Origin: Acidimicrobiia bacterium
GTDB lineage: Bacteria > Actinomycetota > Acidimicrobiia > IMCC26256 > PALSA-555
Direction of reading: 5' to 3'
Length of the DNA stretch: 64,000 nucleotides
Assembly: GCA_035468285.1 (NCBI GenBank)
Contig: DATISY010000067.1
Location: forward strand, 836-64,835
Both the position numbers and the translations under genes were made by a program. Numbering within the stretch: position 1 is the stretch's first letter; each line of letters opens with the position of its first letter. Positions 34,238 through 42,142 of this stretch are shown one piece after another. Under the pieces are notes generated by a model. The model did no database searches and was not told the DNA's origin. It saw nothing but the letters and a program-made list of their open reading frames with translations.

Positions 34238-34947
34238 TCGCCGCGGTGCTCTTCGACCTCGACGACACCCTCTATGACCAGCGCCAGTTCCTGGACGGCG
34301 CCTGGCGGGCCGTCGCGGCCCGGGCCGCCCTCGACGGCGTGGACCCCGACGAGTTCGAGTCTGCGCTCCGCGACCTCGCCACCCACGGCAGCGACCGGGG
34401 CCACATCATCGACCTGGCCCTCGCCCAGGTGGGTGCGCCGTCCGTCGCGGTACCCGACCTCGTCGCGCAGTTCCGGCGGCACCGACCCGAGCGGCTCGAG
34501 CCCTACCCCGGTGTGCTCGACGCCCTCACCGGGCTGCAGCGACGCGTGCCGCTCGGTCTCATCTCCGACGGCGACCCGGTCATCCAGCGCGCCAAGCTCG
34601 ACGCGCTCGGCGTCGAGCGGTTCTTCACCAGCGTCGTGTTCAGCGACGAGCACGGCCGCGCGCACCGCAAACCCGATCCCCTCCCGTTCCGACGCGCGCT
34701 CACCGAGCTCGGGGTCGACGCCCGCGACGCCGTCTACATCGGTGACCGCCCGGCGAAGGACGTCGTCGGCCCGGTCGGGGTCGGGATGCGCGCCATCCGG
34801 GTCCAGACCGGCGAGTGGCGTGCCGAGCCCGACGACCCGCGCGCGTGGGCGTCGGTGCCCACCGTCGTCGACGCCGTCACCCTGGTCCGCCGCGCACTCC
34901 CCTGGGTCGCGACGGTCGACGAGCCCGCCAGCGCGGCACATCGCTAG
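34234..34947 (+). CDS. HAD family hydrolase
   Basis: 237 aa with an ATGA overlap. Motif I LFDLDDTLYD, motif II LGLISDG, and motif III/IV KPDP...YIGDRP.KDV. Confidence 0.85.
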   Translation: MIAAVLFDLDDTLYDQRQFLDGAWRAVAARAALDGVDPDEFESALRDLATHGSDRGHIIDLALAQVGAPSVAVPDLVAQFRRHRPERLEPYPGVLDALTGLQRRVPLGLISDGDPVIQRAKLDALGVERFFTSVVFSDEHGRAHRKPDPLPFRRALTELGVDARDAVYIGDRPAKDVVGPVGVGMRAIRVQTGEWRAEPDDPRAWASVPTVVDAVTLVRRALPWVATVDEPASAAHR

Positions 34948-34977
34948 CGGCGCCGCCAGGTTGGCGTCCCGCGCTCG

Positions 34978-35784
34978 TCAGAGCCGGATGAGGACGCGGT
35001 ACCGGTAGCGCTCGCGGTAGCCCATGCGCGCGTAGGTCGATTCGCCGAACGGGGATGCCTCCAGCGTGAGGAGCTGCGCGCCCCGAGCGAAGGCTTCGTT
35101 CGTGACGGCGCGGGTGACGACATCGCCCAGGCCGCGGCCCCGGGCCGCGTCGGCGCACGCGACCCAGCCCACGTACCCGTCCGGCTCAGGGCCGAACAGG
35201 ACGGCGAGCGCGCCGGCGACGACGACGCCGTCGAGCTCGGCGACCGCGACGACGCAGTCGGAGCCGAGCAGGACGTCGGGGGTGTCGACCGGTGTGCGGG
35301 TCGCTGCTTCGGGGACGCCCAGATGGGTGAACGCCTGCCCGGCGACGGCTGCGTACGCGGCGACGTCAGCGGGGAGCTCAGCCAGCCGGACGGTGATCCC
35401 CTCGGGCGGGGTGCGTGGCTCGAGTGGCTGCTCGCACACCATCTCGGGGGTCTGGGCCCACTCCTGGAAGCCACGCGGCGTGAGTCGCTCGTGGAGGTCG
35501 TCGTCGGCGCCGACCCGGGCGAAGACGCACCCGGTCTTGCCGTGCCGGTCGAGGAACGCGGTCAGGGTGTCGACCCACGCGTCCGCCGGCAGCGAGCTCG
35601 CCGAGCGGACCGCGGAGCGGGTGCTCGGGAAGTCGATGGAGCCGGCCACCGCGACGACGCCACCGTCGTCGAGGAGCTCGCTGCCGGGATCGAGCCGGGC
35701 CTGGAAACGCGTGAAGGCGCACAGGTTGTCGTGGGCCCGGTCGTCGATGGTGGGGGGCTCGCCGGCGGGTGACGCGACGCTCAC
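34978..35784 (-). CDS. GNAT family N-acetyltransferase (two-lobed)
   Basis: 268 aa from GTG 35784 (GTGA overlap with the NUDIX stop). The C-terminal lobe has the acetyl-CoA motif ARGRGLGDVVTRAV. Confidence 0.7.
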   Translation of the reverse strand: MSVASPAGEPPTIDDRAHDNLCAFTRFQARLDPGSELLDDGGVVAVAGSIDFPSTRSAVRSASSLPADAWVDTLTAFLDRHGKTGCVFARVGADDDLHERLTPRGFQEWAQTPEMVCEQPLEPRTPPEGITVRLAELPADVAAYAAVAGQAFTHLGVPEAATRTPVDTPDVLLGSDCVVAVAELDGVVVAGALAVLFGPEPDGYVGWVACADAARGRGLGDVVTRAVTNEAFARGAQLLTLEASPFGESTYARMGYRERYRYRVLIRL

Positions 35785-36215
35785 GAGTCCGTCGGGGGTG
35801 TCGGGAGGCGGTGGAGGTCGGTGAGGACGTCGACGGCCTCGAGGAAGTCGACGAGGCCGGCGACGAGCCGGTAGCTGCCGAGGTCGGGGATCGGGACCCA
35901 CGCGGCCTCAGCGGCGTCGTCACCGGCCCGGACGGGGGCATCGGGGTCGAGGACCGTGACCCGGAAGTCGAGGATGACGAAGTGCCGGTCGTCGTCGAAC
36001 CGTTCGACCCAGCCGAGGAGCTCGTCGACGACGACGTCGAGGCCGGTCTCCTCGAGGACCTCGCGCACGACCGCGGCTTCGACAGGCTCCCCCGCCGCGA
36101 CGCGGCCACCGGGGACGGACCACTCCCCCGCCGCCGGCCCGTGCCCGCGGCGGACGAGGAGAAGCCGGTCGTCGCTCACCGCGACACCGCCGACGGCGAG
36201 TTCAGGACCGTTCAC
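35781..36215 (-). CDS. NUDIX hydrolase
   Basis: 144 aa. Nudix box GGRVAAGEPVEAAVVREVLEETG. Confidence 0.85.
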   Translation of the reverse strand: MNGPELAVGGVAVSDDRLLLVRRGHGPAAGEWSVPGGRVAAGEPVEAAVVREVLEETGLDVVVDELLGWVERFDDDRHFVILDFRVTVLDPDAPVRAGDDAAEAAWVPIPDLGSYRLVAGLVDFLEAVDVLTDLHRLPTPPTDS

Positions 36216-36691
36216 CGGTCGTCGTCTCGGATGGGGTGGTGCATGACGAGGAGCCGGGCGACGAAGCCCTGCTCCTCGAAGAAGTTCTTCGTCGCCCGAT
36301 GCCCCGGCAAGGCGAGCGTGTCGACACCGACGCAGCGACGCTCCGTCGCGAACGCGAGGAGCGCCTCGGTCATCGCTTCCCCGACGCTGACCGACCGCGC
36401 CTCGGGCTCGACGAACAGCTCGGTGATCCGACCGAGCAGCTCGTTCGTGGAAAGGACCTCGACCTCGAGGACACCGAACCCGACGATCACGTCATCGATG
36501 AGGCCGACCACGACGCGGATGTCGGGGTGCGTGAGCAGCGCAGCGAAGGTCGCTTCGAGGGGTTCGGGTCGGGCGTCGCGGGCCGCCAAGAGCGCACCGC
36601 CGCGCATCGGGACGAGCTCGTCGCGCAGCTCCCGGGCGAGCGCGGCGACACGGGGCAGGTCGCCACGCTCGGCGGGCCGGCAGCGTTCCAC
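36212..36691 (-). CDS. GNAT family N-acetyltransferase
   Basis: 159 aa. ELFVEPEARSVSVGEAMTEALLAFA fits the GNAT motif A region. 4-nt overlap with the NUDIX gene. Confidence 0.75.
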   Translation of the reverse strand: MERCRPAERGDLPRVAALARELRDELVPMRGGALLAARDARPEPLEATFAALLTHPDIRVVVGLIDDVIVGFGVLEVEVLSTNELLGRITELFVEPEARSVSVGEAMTEALLAFATERRCVGVDTLALPGHRATKNFFEEQGFVARLLVMHHPIRDDDR

Positions 36692-36700
36692 CGGCGAGGC

Positions 36701-37261
36701 TCAGGCGACCGGGTGGTTGAGCTGCTCGATCTTGCCGAGCACCGTGTTCCGGGCCCGGTGCTCGGTCTCGTACGCCCGGATGGCGTCGAGCTCGGCGCGG
36801 GACAAGCCGTCGAGGTGCTCGACGACTTGGGAGGCGGACAGCTCGTCATAGTCGGGGATGGCGAGGTGGCGGCCGTTCCCCGCGGCGCCCGTCGCGGGTG
36901 GCGGGCTCGCCGTGTCCCGCACCGGGCCCGTCGCCGGGGGCGCCGTGCCCGTCGGGTTGCCGAGCAGCGTGTTGAGCGCGTTGATGGCCGTCTCGGCCTG
37001 CTCCCGGACCCTCGTGATCCCGTCGGTGACGATCCGGGTCACATGGGGGCCGCCGTGGTTCGTGGCGAACTCGCCGACGGCGCGGGCCTGACCGAGCTGA
37101 CCGCCGACCGACTTGCGCTGCTCGTCGACGACCGACCGGCCCCTGGCGACGAAGAGCTTCACGAACGACGGTGCGGTGTCACGGAGGTAGAGGGCGAACC
37201 CGAGCGGCCCGTAGACGAGGAGCTCGAGAGCCTTGTCGGTGGCGTCATGGTCGTCAGGCAC
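36701..37261 (-). CDS. Hypothetical protein (helical N-domain, Pro-rich linker, helical C-terminal module)
   Basis: 186 aa, overlapping the lnt stop by 8 nt. The C-terminus IPDYDELSASQVVEHLDGLSRAELDAIRAYE resembles short Rho_N/SAP-like helical modules. No confident family. Confidence 0.55.
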   Translation of the reverse strand: MPDDHDATDKALELLVYGPLGFALYLRDTAPSFVKLFVARGRSVVDEQRKSVGGQLGQARAVGEFATNHGGPHVTRIVTDGITRVREQAETAINALNTLLGNPTGTAPPATGPVRDTASPPPATGAAGNGRHLAIPDYDELSASQVVEHLDGLSRAELDAIRAYETEHRARNTVLGKIEQLNHPVA

Positions 37262-38873
37262 CGGGTGCTCCTTCGGCTCGGTGACGTGCCGGCGAGTCTA
37301 CGGGGACGTCCCGCCGGGACCGTCGCCCAGCGACGAACGCCACGGCGAGGAGCGCCACCGCGGAGCCGACGAGGACCCACTCACCGAAGCGGACGAACGG
37401 GGTCTCACCGGTGGTGGTCAGCAACGTCCCCGTCGTGAGGGCGCTCGTGAACAGGCCGGTGCTCTGCTGGACCGAGCCGTCGGCGTCGATGACCGCGGTC
37501 TCGCCGGAGAGCGCGGCGTGGAGCACGGGGCGGCCCGTCTCCGCGGCGCGCATCTGGCCCGTCGCGACGTGCGTCGCGGCGATACCGGACCGGCCGTAGG
37601 ACCGGTCGCTGGTGCTCACGACGATCGCTTGGGCGCCGTCACGGACGAAGCCTCGAACCAGGGGCGCGTACGCCGACTCGTAGCAGATCACGGTCCCGAA
37701 CGGTCGCCCCGCGGCGTGGAACAGGACGCGGCGGTTCCCGGCGGTGAAGTCGTAGGGGATCTGGCGGAGGTCGCTGATGAACGTGAGCTGGCGGCGCAGC
37801 GGGACGTACTCCCCGAACGGGACGAGGTGCTGCTTGGCGTACACGCCGAGGAGGCGCCCGTCGGGCCCGTACGCGAGGTTCGCGTTGTACAGGAGGCCGT
37901 TGGGGGCCCGGTAGCGGGCGTTGACCAGCACCACCGCGCCGTGCTTCGCCGCCAGGTCGACGATGCGCTGCCGGAGCGGCGGGAGCTCCTCGGGGTCGTA
38001 GTCGAGCGCGGACTCGGGGAACACGATCAGGTCGTAGTGGCCCTGCAACCGGTCGGCGAGCGCGAAGTGCGCGTTGGTGAGGTCCTGATCGGCGATCTGG
38101 ATCGGGCTGCTCGGCCCTTCCTGCTGGTCGCCCTGGAGGAGCGCGAAGTGGAGCCGGCCCGTCGTGCGGGGCTGGTAGCGGGTGACGTCAGCGACCGCGG
38201 CGAGCGCCAGGAGCCCGACGAGCCCGGCCGCGGCGAGCGTGAGGGGACGCGGGACGGCCGGCCGGGACGCGACGAGCGCGTCGAGGACGAACCCGTTGAA
38301 CGCGACGACGACGAACGTCACGAGCGCGACACCACCGAAGCTGGCGAGCGCGCGGGCCGCCCCGATGTTGTGGAGCGCGATGCCGGTCTCGCCCCACGCC
38401 AACCCGCCGAGGGGCCAGCGGCCCCGGAGCGACTCGAAGAACACCCACACCGCGGCGGTGAGGAACGGGCTGCGGATCCCCCGCCGTGCGAACGCGGCGA
38501 CGAGCGCGCCGGTCGCGGCGTAGTAGCAGGCCGCCGCGACGATGAGGGAGACGGTCCCGGTGTAGCCGGTGTTGGTGAGCCCGGCCATCAGGACACCGAG
38601 GAACGCCAGCGCGAACACGAAGCTGTCGCGGGCCGCGCTGAGGGGGGTCGCGTCGCGCCAGGCCCACAGGAGCGGGACGAGCGCGACGAGCGCGAGCGGC
38701 CCGAGGTCGGCCGGCGGGTACGCGAGGGCGAGGAGCACCCCCGACACCACGGCGGCGAGGAGCCGCAGCTGGGTGCGGCGCCGGGCCGCCGGCGCAGGGA
38801 CGCTCAGGCGCAGTCGCGGCAGAGCATCCGCTCCTCGTCGGCTAGCTGGTTGCGGGGCAGGACGAGGAAGCAT
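37254..38873 (-). CDS. lnt: Apolipoprotein N-acyltransferase
   Basis: 539 aa. N-terminal polytopic region (LLALAYPPADLGPLALVALVPLLWA...), then a CN-hydrolase domain (LIVFPESAL...VLVNARY...ICYES). The start is uncertain: ATG 38873 overlaps the upstream DUF4193 gene by 70 nt. Confidence 0.85.
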   Translation of the reverse strand: MLPRPAPQPASRRGADALPRLRLSVPAPAARRRTQLRLLAAVVSGVLLALAYPPADLGPLALVALVPLLWAWRDATPLSAARDSFVFALAFLGVLMAGLTNTGYTGTVSLIVAAACYYAATGALVAAFARRGIRSPFLTAAVWVFFESLRGRWPLGGLAWGETGIALHNIGAARALASFGGVALVTFVVVAFNGFVLDALVASRPAVPRPLTLAAAGLVGLLALAAVADVTRYQPRTTGRLHFALLQGDQQEGPSSPIQIADQDLTNAHFALADRLQGHYDLIVFPESALDYDPEELPPLRQRIVDLAAKHGAVVLVNARYRAPNGLLYNANLAYGPDGRLLGVYAKQHLVPFGEYVPLRRQLTFISDLRQIPYDFTAGNRRVLFHAAGRPFGTVICYESAYAPLVRGFVRDGAQAIVVSTSDRSYGRSGIAATHVATGQMRAAETGRPVLHAALSGETAVIDADGSVQQSTGLFTSALTTGTLLTTTGETPFVRFGEWVLVGSAVALLAVAFVAGRRSRRDVPVDSPARHRAEGAPGA

Positions 38874-39301
38874 GACGAGCAGAGGAACTCGCCGGGGCGG
38901 CGGGGCACGATCTTGGCGGGCGCTTCGCCGGGCTCGACGTCCACCTCCTCTTCCTCGACCTCTTCCTCTTCGTCCTCGAGAGTGGCGCTGGCGGTGCGCT
39001 CCTGCAGGAGCGCGTCGAGTGGCGCCTCGACATCGTCGGGGTGCAGCTCCTCGTCGAGGTCGATGACGTCCTCGTCCTCTTCGCCTTCACCCGCGACGAC
39101 GACCGCCGCCGCGACGGGCACGGCCGGCTCAGCCGGGATCTCACCGTCGACGACTTCCACGACCGCGGGAAGGTCGGCGTCGTCCGCGAGGTCGGGGTCG
39201 AGGTCGTCGTTGAGCGCGTCGTCTTCCTCCTCGAGCTCCTCTTCGTCGAGGTCGTCGCCGAGCTCGGCGTCGTCTTCCTCCTCGAACTCTTCGTCGGTCA
39301 T
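38804..39301 (-). CDS. DUF4193 family protein (acidic N-terminus, C-terminal Cys4 module)
   Basis: 165 aa from ATG 39301. About 120 aa of Asp/Glu-rich sequence, then IVPRRPGEFLCSSCFLVLPRNQLADEERMLCRDCA, the conserved DUF4193 end. Confidence 0.8.
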   Translation of the reverse strand: MTDEEFEEEDDAELGDDLDEEELEEEDDALNDDLDPDLADDADLPAVVEVVDGEIPAEPAVPVAAAVVVAGEGEEDEDVIDLDEELHPDDVEAPLDALLQERTASATLEDEEEEVEEEEVDVEPGEAPAKIVPRRPGEFLCSSCFLVLPRNQLADEERMLCRDCA

Positions 39302-39470
39302 GTTCGCTCCAGCGGCCGGATTGGAGTGCTGCACAGTCGCGAACCACGCGCCGGCCGCCTCATCGGGGCCGGAGCATACGCCTGCGCCCCGGCGGCACAG
39401 GGAACGCGCGCGACGCCGCGTCCATTCCCGGTCCGGGGACCGCCACGGGCGGCCCGGCAGGTGTGGTGGA

Positions 39471-39559
39471 GGGCCCAGGAGACCGTTGGGGCCACTGGTT
39501 GGCCCGGTCTGCCCGGCAGACGGGTTATCGCAGCGTTCTCTACTTGATCTCCTGGGCCC
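39471..39559. repeat. 89-nt GC-rich element closed by an 11-bp perfect inverted repeat
   Basis: GGGCCCAGGAG (39471-39481) is the exact reverse complement of CTCCTGGGCCC (39549-39559). Internal hairpins: GGGCC-ACTGGTT-GGCCC and GTCTG-CCCGG-CAGAC. It lies in a 431-nt non-coding gap. Confidence 0.6.
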
Positions 39560-39732
39560 CCCTGGCCCCTGTGCTGTCCCCCCCTCCGGTCCGCGCGCTA
39601 CCGGAAATCACGACCAAGAAAGGCGGTCAGGGACGCATGTAGTACGCCCGACGGGAGGGGCGGCTGTCAAGCGCCGGGTGTGGCCCCTGACCTGCCCAAT
39701 CACGCGTCGGAGCAGGTCAGCGACCCGAGAAC

Positions 39733-41334
39733 TTACCGGCGGGCGGCGCGGCGGACCTCGGCGGCTCGTTCCGAGCCGAGGCGCTCCAAGTCGTAGGTCT
39801 GGTGGTCGACGTGGCGCATCGCCGCGGCGATCGCGGGGTGGCCGGCCTGCTCGGCGATGAGGCGGTGCATCTCCTGCGCGACCTGCCGGTATGCAGGATG
39901 ACCCTGGGGTGAGGACCGCAGCTCGAGGAGGTGCATCGCCTCCCGGGCGTTGAACTGCATCACGAACCGGACGCGGTAGGCGAGCGCCACCGCGTAGGCG
40001 GCCTCGTCGGGCACGAAGCGCTCCAGGTCCTCGTAGAGGGTCGCGGCGCGTTCCATCGCCGCGTCGAACCGGTCGGTGAGGCCCGCGTCGGCGATCGCCT
40101 CGGGGGTCTCGTAGCCGTGCCACGGCGTGAGGGGCTGCCACTCGATGGTGAGCATCCGGTGCCGTTGCAGGTCCCGGAAGGCCCCGTAGTCGGCGAGGAC
40201 ATCGAAGCGGTAGTCGGTGCGCTCGAACGCGCGTCCGGGCTTGTGGCGACGGTTCTCCCGGTCCCCCACGTAGGCCGCGAGGAGCGCGTGCCGCTCGTCG
40301 GCGCCGAGGCGACGGACCCGCGACAGCAGCTGATCGTCGGGCAGCGTCGACTGCGGGTAGCAGATCGCTGCGAGGACCTTGTCCTCGCCTTCGGGGTCGA
40401 AGTCCGTGAGCATCACCGACGGGCGCGGCTCGGGGACCTCGTCCTCGAGGATGCGCTCCACCAGCGCCGCGGTGTCGGCACGCGTCTCCGCCAGGTACGC
40501 GCTCCACGCCCCACCCCGCTCCGGGCGGTCGACCCGGGTCAGGAACGACGGGATGACCTTGCGGAGCTCCTCGAGCATCATCGCCGCGTAGGCCCCCGCC
40601 TCGGGAAGCGGATGGGACCGCATCCGCAGCAGCAGCGCCTCGAACGCCTGCCCGGTGCCGTAGATCCCGACGTTCGACAGCGTCGCCGCAGGCAGGATGC
40701 CCCGCGCCGCGTCGCACGCCTTCGCCTTCAACGACTGCTTGTACACGAAGTCCGAGTCGCCCGACTCCTTCGGGTACCGCTCCTTGGCCCAGTCGCCCAG
40801 CACCGGGAGACACGCCGCGTAATCGTCGAACGCGGCGTCGAGATCGGCGATGAACCGCAACCCGAGCGCCGACTCGAGAATGTCGGGGGGGCGGTGGTAC
40901 CGGTAGCGGCCCGCGAGCCGCGCCGTGTACGGGATGTACCGGGTCGACTGCTCGAGGTACGCCATGAGGCGACCCCACTCGAGGATCTTCGTCAGCACGT
41001 TGGAGGCCTGCTCGCAGGCCAGGTGCACCCCGCCGAGCTGCGCGACGGAGTCGTCGCCGTACTCGAGGAACACCCGGTCGTAGAGCTCCTCGGCGCGGGT
41101 CAGCCCGACGCTCGCGTCGACGGTGAGGTCGCCGGTGAGGTCGAGGTCGCCGACGAACTCGTCGAGGAAGAGCCGCCGGAGGCTCTTCGGGCTGCGCGAG
41201 TACCGGGCGAACAGGGCGCCCTTGACGACCTCGGGGAGGTTCACGAGCGCGAACACGGGGCGGTCCAGGTTCGTCACGTACGGGCGCAGCACCGCCTGCT
41301 CGTCGGGGGTGAACTCCTCAGCGACGTACTGCAT
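39733..41334 (-). CDS. ThyX-like (FAD-dependent thymidylate synthase family) protein, double length
   Basis: 533 aa from ATG 41334 (MQYVAEEF...). The ThyX-type RHR signature is present once (FRDLQRHRMLT) in the C-terminal half. The N-terminal half has VKGALFARYSRS. The 165 upstream codons of the track ORF are Arg/Pro junk. Confidence 0.7.
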   Translation of the reverse strand: MQYVAEEFTPDEQAVLRPYVTNLDRPVFALVNLPEVVKGALFARYSRSPKSLRRLFLDEFVGDLDLTGDLTVDASVGLTRAEELYDRVFLEYGDDSVAQLGGVHLACEQASNVLTKILEWGRLMAYLEQSTRYIPYTARLAGRYRYHRPPDILESALGLRFIADLDAAFDDYAACLPVLGDWAKERYPKESGDSDFVYKQSLKAKACDAARGILPAATLSNVGIYGTGQAFEALLLRMRSHPLPEAGAYAAMMLEELRKVIPSFLTRVDRPERGGAWSAYLAETRADTAALVERILEDEVPEPRPSVMLTDFDPEGEDKVLAAICYPQSTLPDDQLLSRVRRLGADERHALLAAYVGDRENRRHKPGRAFERTDYRFDVLADYGAFRDLQRHRMLTIEWQPLTPWHGYETPEAIADAGLTDRFDAAMERAATLYEDLERFVPDEAAYAVALAYRVRFVMQFNAREAMHLLELRSSPQGHPAYRQVAQEMHRLIAEQAGHPAIAAAMRHVDHQTYDLERLGSERAAEVRRAARR

Positions 41335-41494
41335 GCTCGGTCCCGCTTCGGCGATCCCGGCGTGGCCGGCGGCCATGGAGGAGCGATCGTACCGACGGCC
41401 CCCCAACCCCCCGCGGATGAGGTACTTCGCGCCGTATGGGCGATTCTCGCGGTCCCCTCGTCGTGGGGCGGGGGCATGGGGCGGCACGCGGAGG

Positions 41495-42142
41495 TCAGAC
41501 GAGGAGGACGAACGCGGGGCTGCGGACCGTGACGTCGAGGGCAGCCCGGCGGGCCCCGGCGGTCCCGTCGACCTCCACCGGCGCCGGGGCGGCCCAGCGG
41601 ACGTCGGCCTGGCGGCCCCGGGCGGTCGTGATGCGGGGGTGCGGGAGGTGCCCGCCCCCGGGGAGGCGGCGGCGCATCCCGGCCCGCTCCCCCGCCCGGA
41701 GGGCGTACACCTGGACCTCCAGGCGCCCGTCTCCGGGGTGGCCCCGGGGCACCAGGTCAGCGCCCCGCCGGAACTGGCCGTTGGCGACCACGACGGTCGT
41801 GGCGGGCCCCTCGTGGACCAGCCGGCCATCCACCCGGACGGTGACCGGGTGCGCCCGCGACCACGGCTGGAGCCGGTCGGGGGGGACGCCGGCGACGACC
41901 ATGTTGACCGCCAGCCCGAGGTCGCCGACGTCGAGGGCGTCGAGGGGAAGGTCGGTGACGCCCGGCGCGGCGGCCGTGAGCCCGACGGCGCGGGCGAGCT
42001 CGCAGCGCTCGTCGGGCGCGAACCGCAGCCGGGCGCCCCGGTGCGCGGCCGCCAGCGCGGCGAGGTCGTGGTCGCTCCCGGCGCCGGTCGCGTCGGGTGG
42101 CCCTCCGGCGGGCTCCCCCCACGGGTCCCCGGGGCGGATCAC
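41495..42142 (-). CDS. Hypothetical protein, weak similarity to the C-terminal (accessory) domain of DAG/lipid kinases
   Basis: 215 aa from a GTG start with GTGA overlap to the helY stop. VVVANGQFRRGADLVPRGHPGDGRLEVQVY resembles the YegS/DAGK C-domain. No N-terminal catalytic GGDG motif seen. Confidence 0.45.
   Translation of the reverse strand: MIRPGDPWGEPAGGPPDATGAGSDHDLAALAAAHRGARLRFAPDERCELARAVGLTAAAPGVTDLPLDALDVGDLGLAVNMVVAGVPPDRLQPWSRAHPVTVRVDGRLVHEGPATTVVVANGQFRRGADLVPRGHPGDGRLEVQVYALRAGERAGMRRRLPGGGHLPHPRITTARGRQADVRWAAPAPVEVDGTAGARRAALDVTVRSPAFVLLV

Noticed and set aside
39549-39590. 6C RNA (two hairpins with C-rich loops), suggested by the CCCCCC and CCCCCCC runs
   Set aside because: The flanks of the C-runs do not form the two short stem-loops expected for 6C. 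The strand is also ambiguous. Left as an unclassified structured region.
37233-39860. 875-aa + strand ORF spanning lnt, DUF4193 and the intergenic gap
   Set aside because: The product is low-complexity (long Ser, Arg and Glu runs). It crosses a region where the - strand encodes Lnt and DUF4193 with clear family features.
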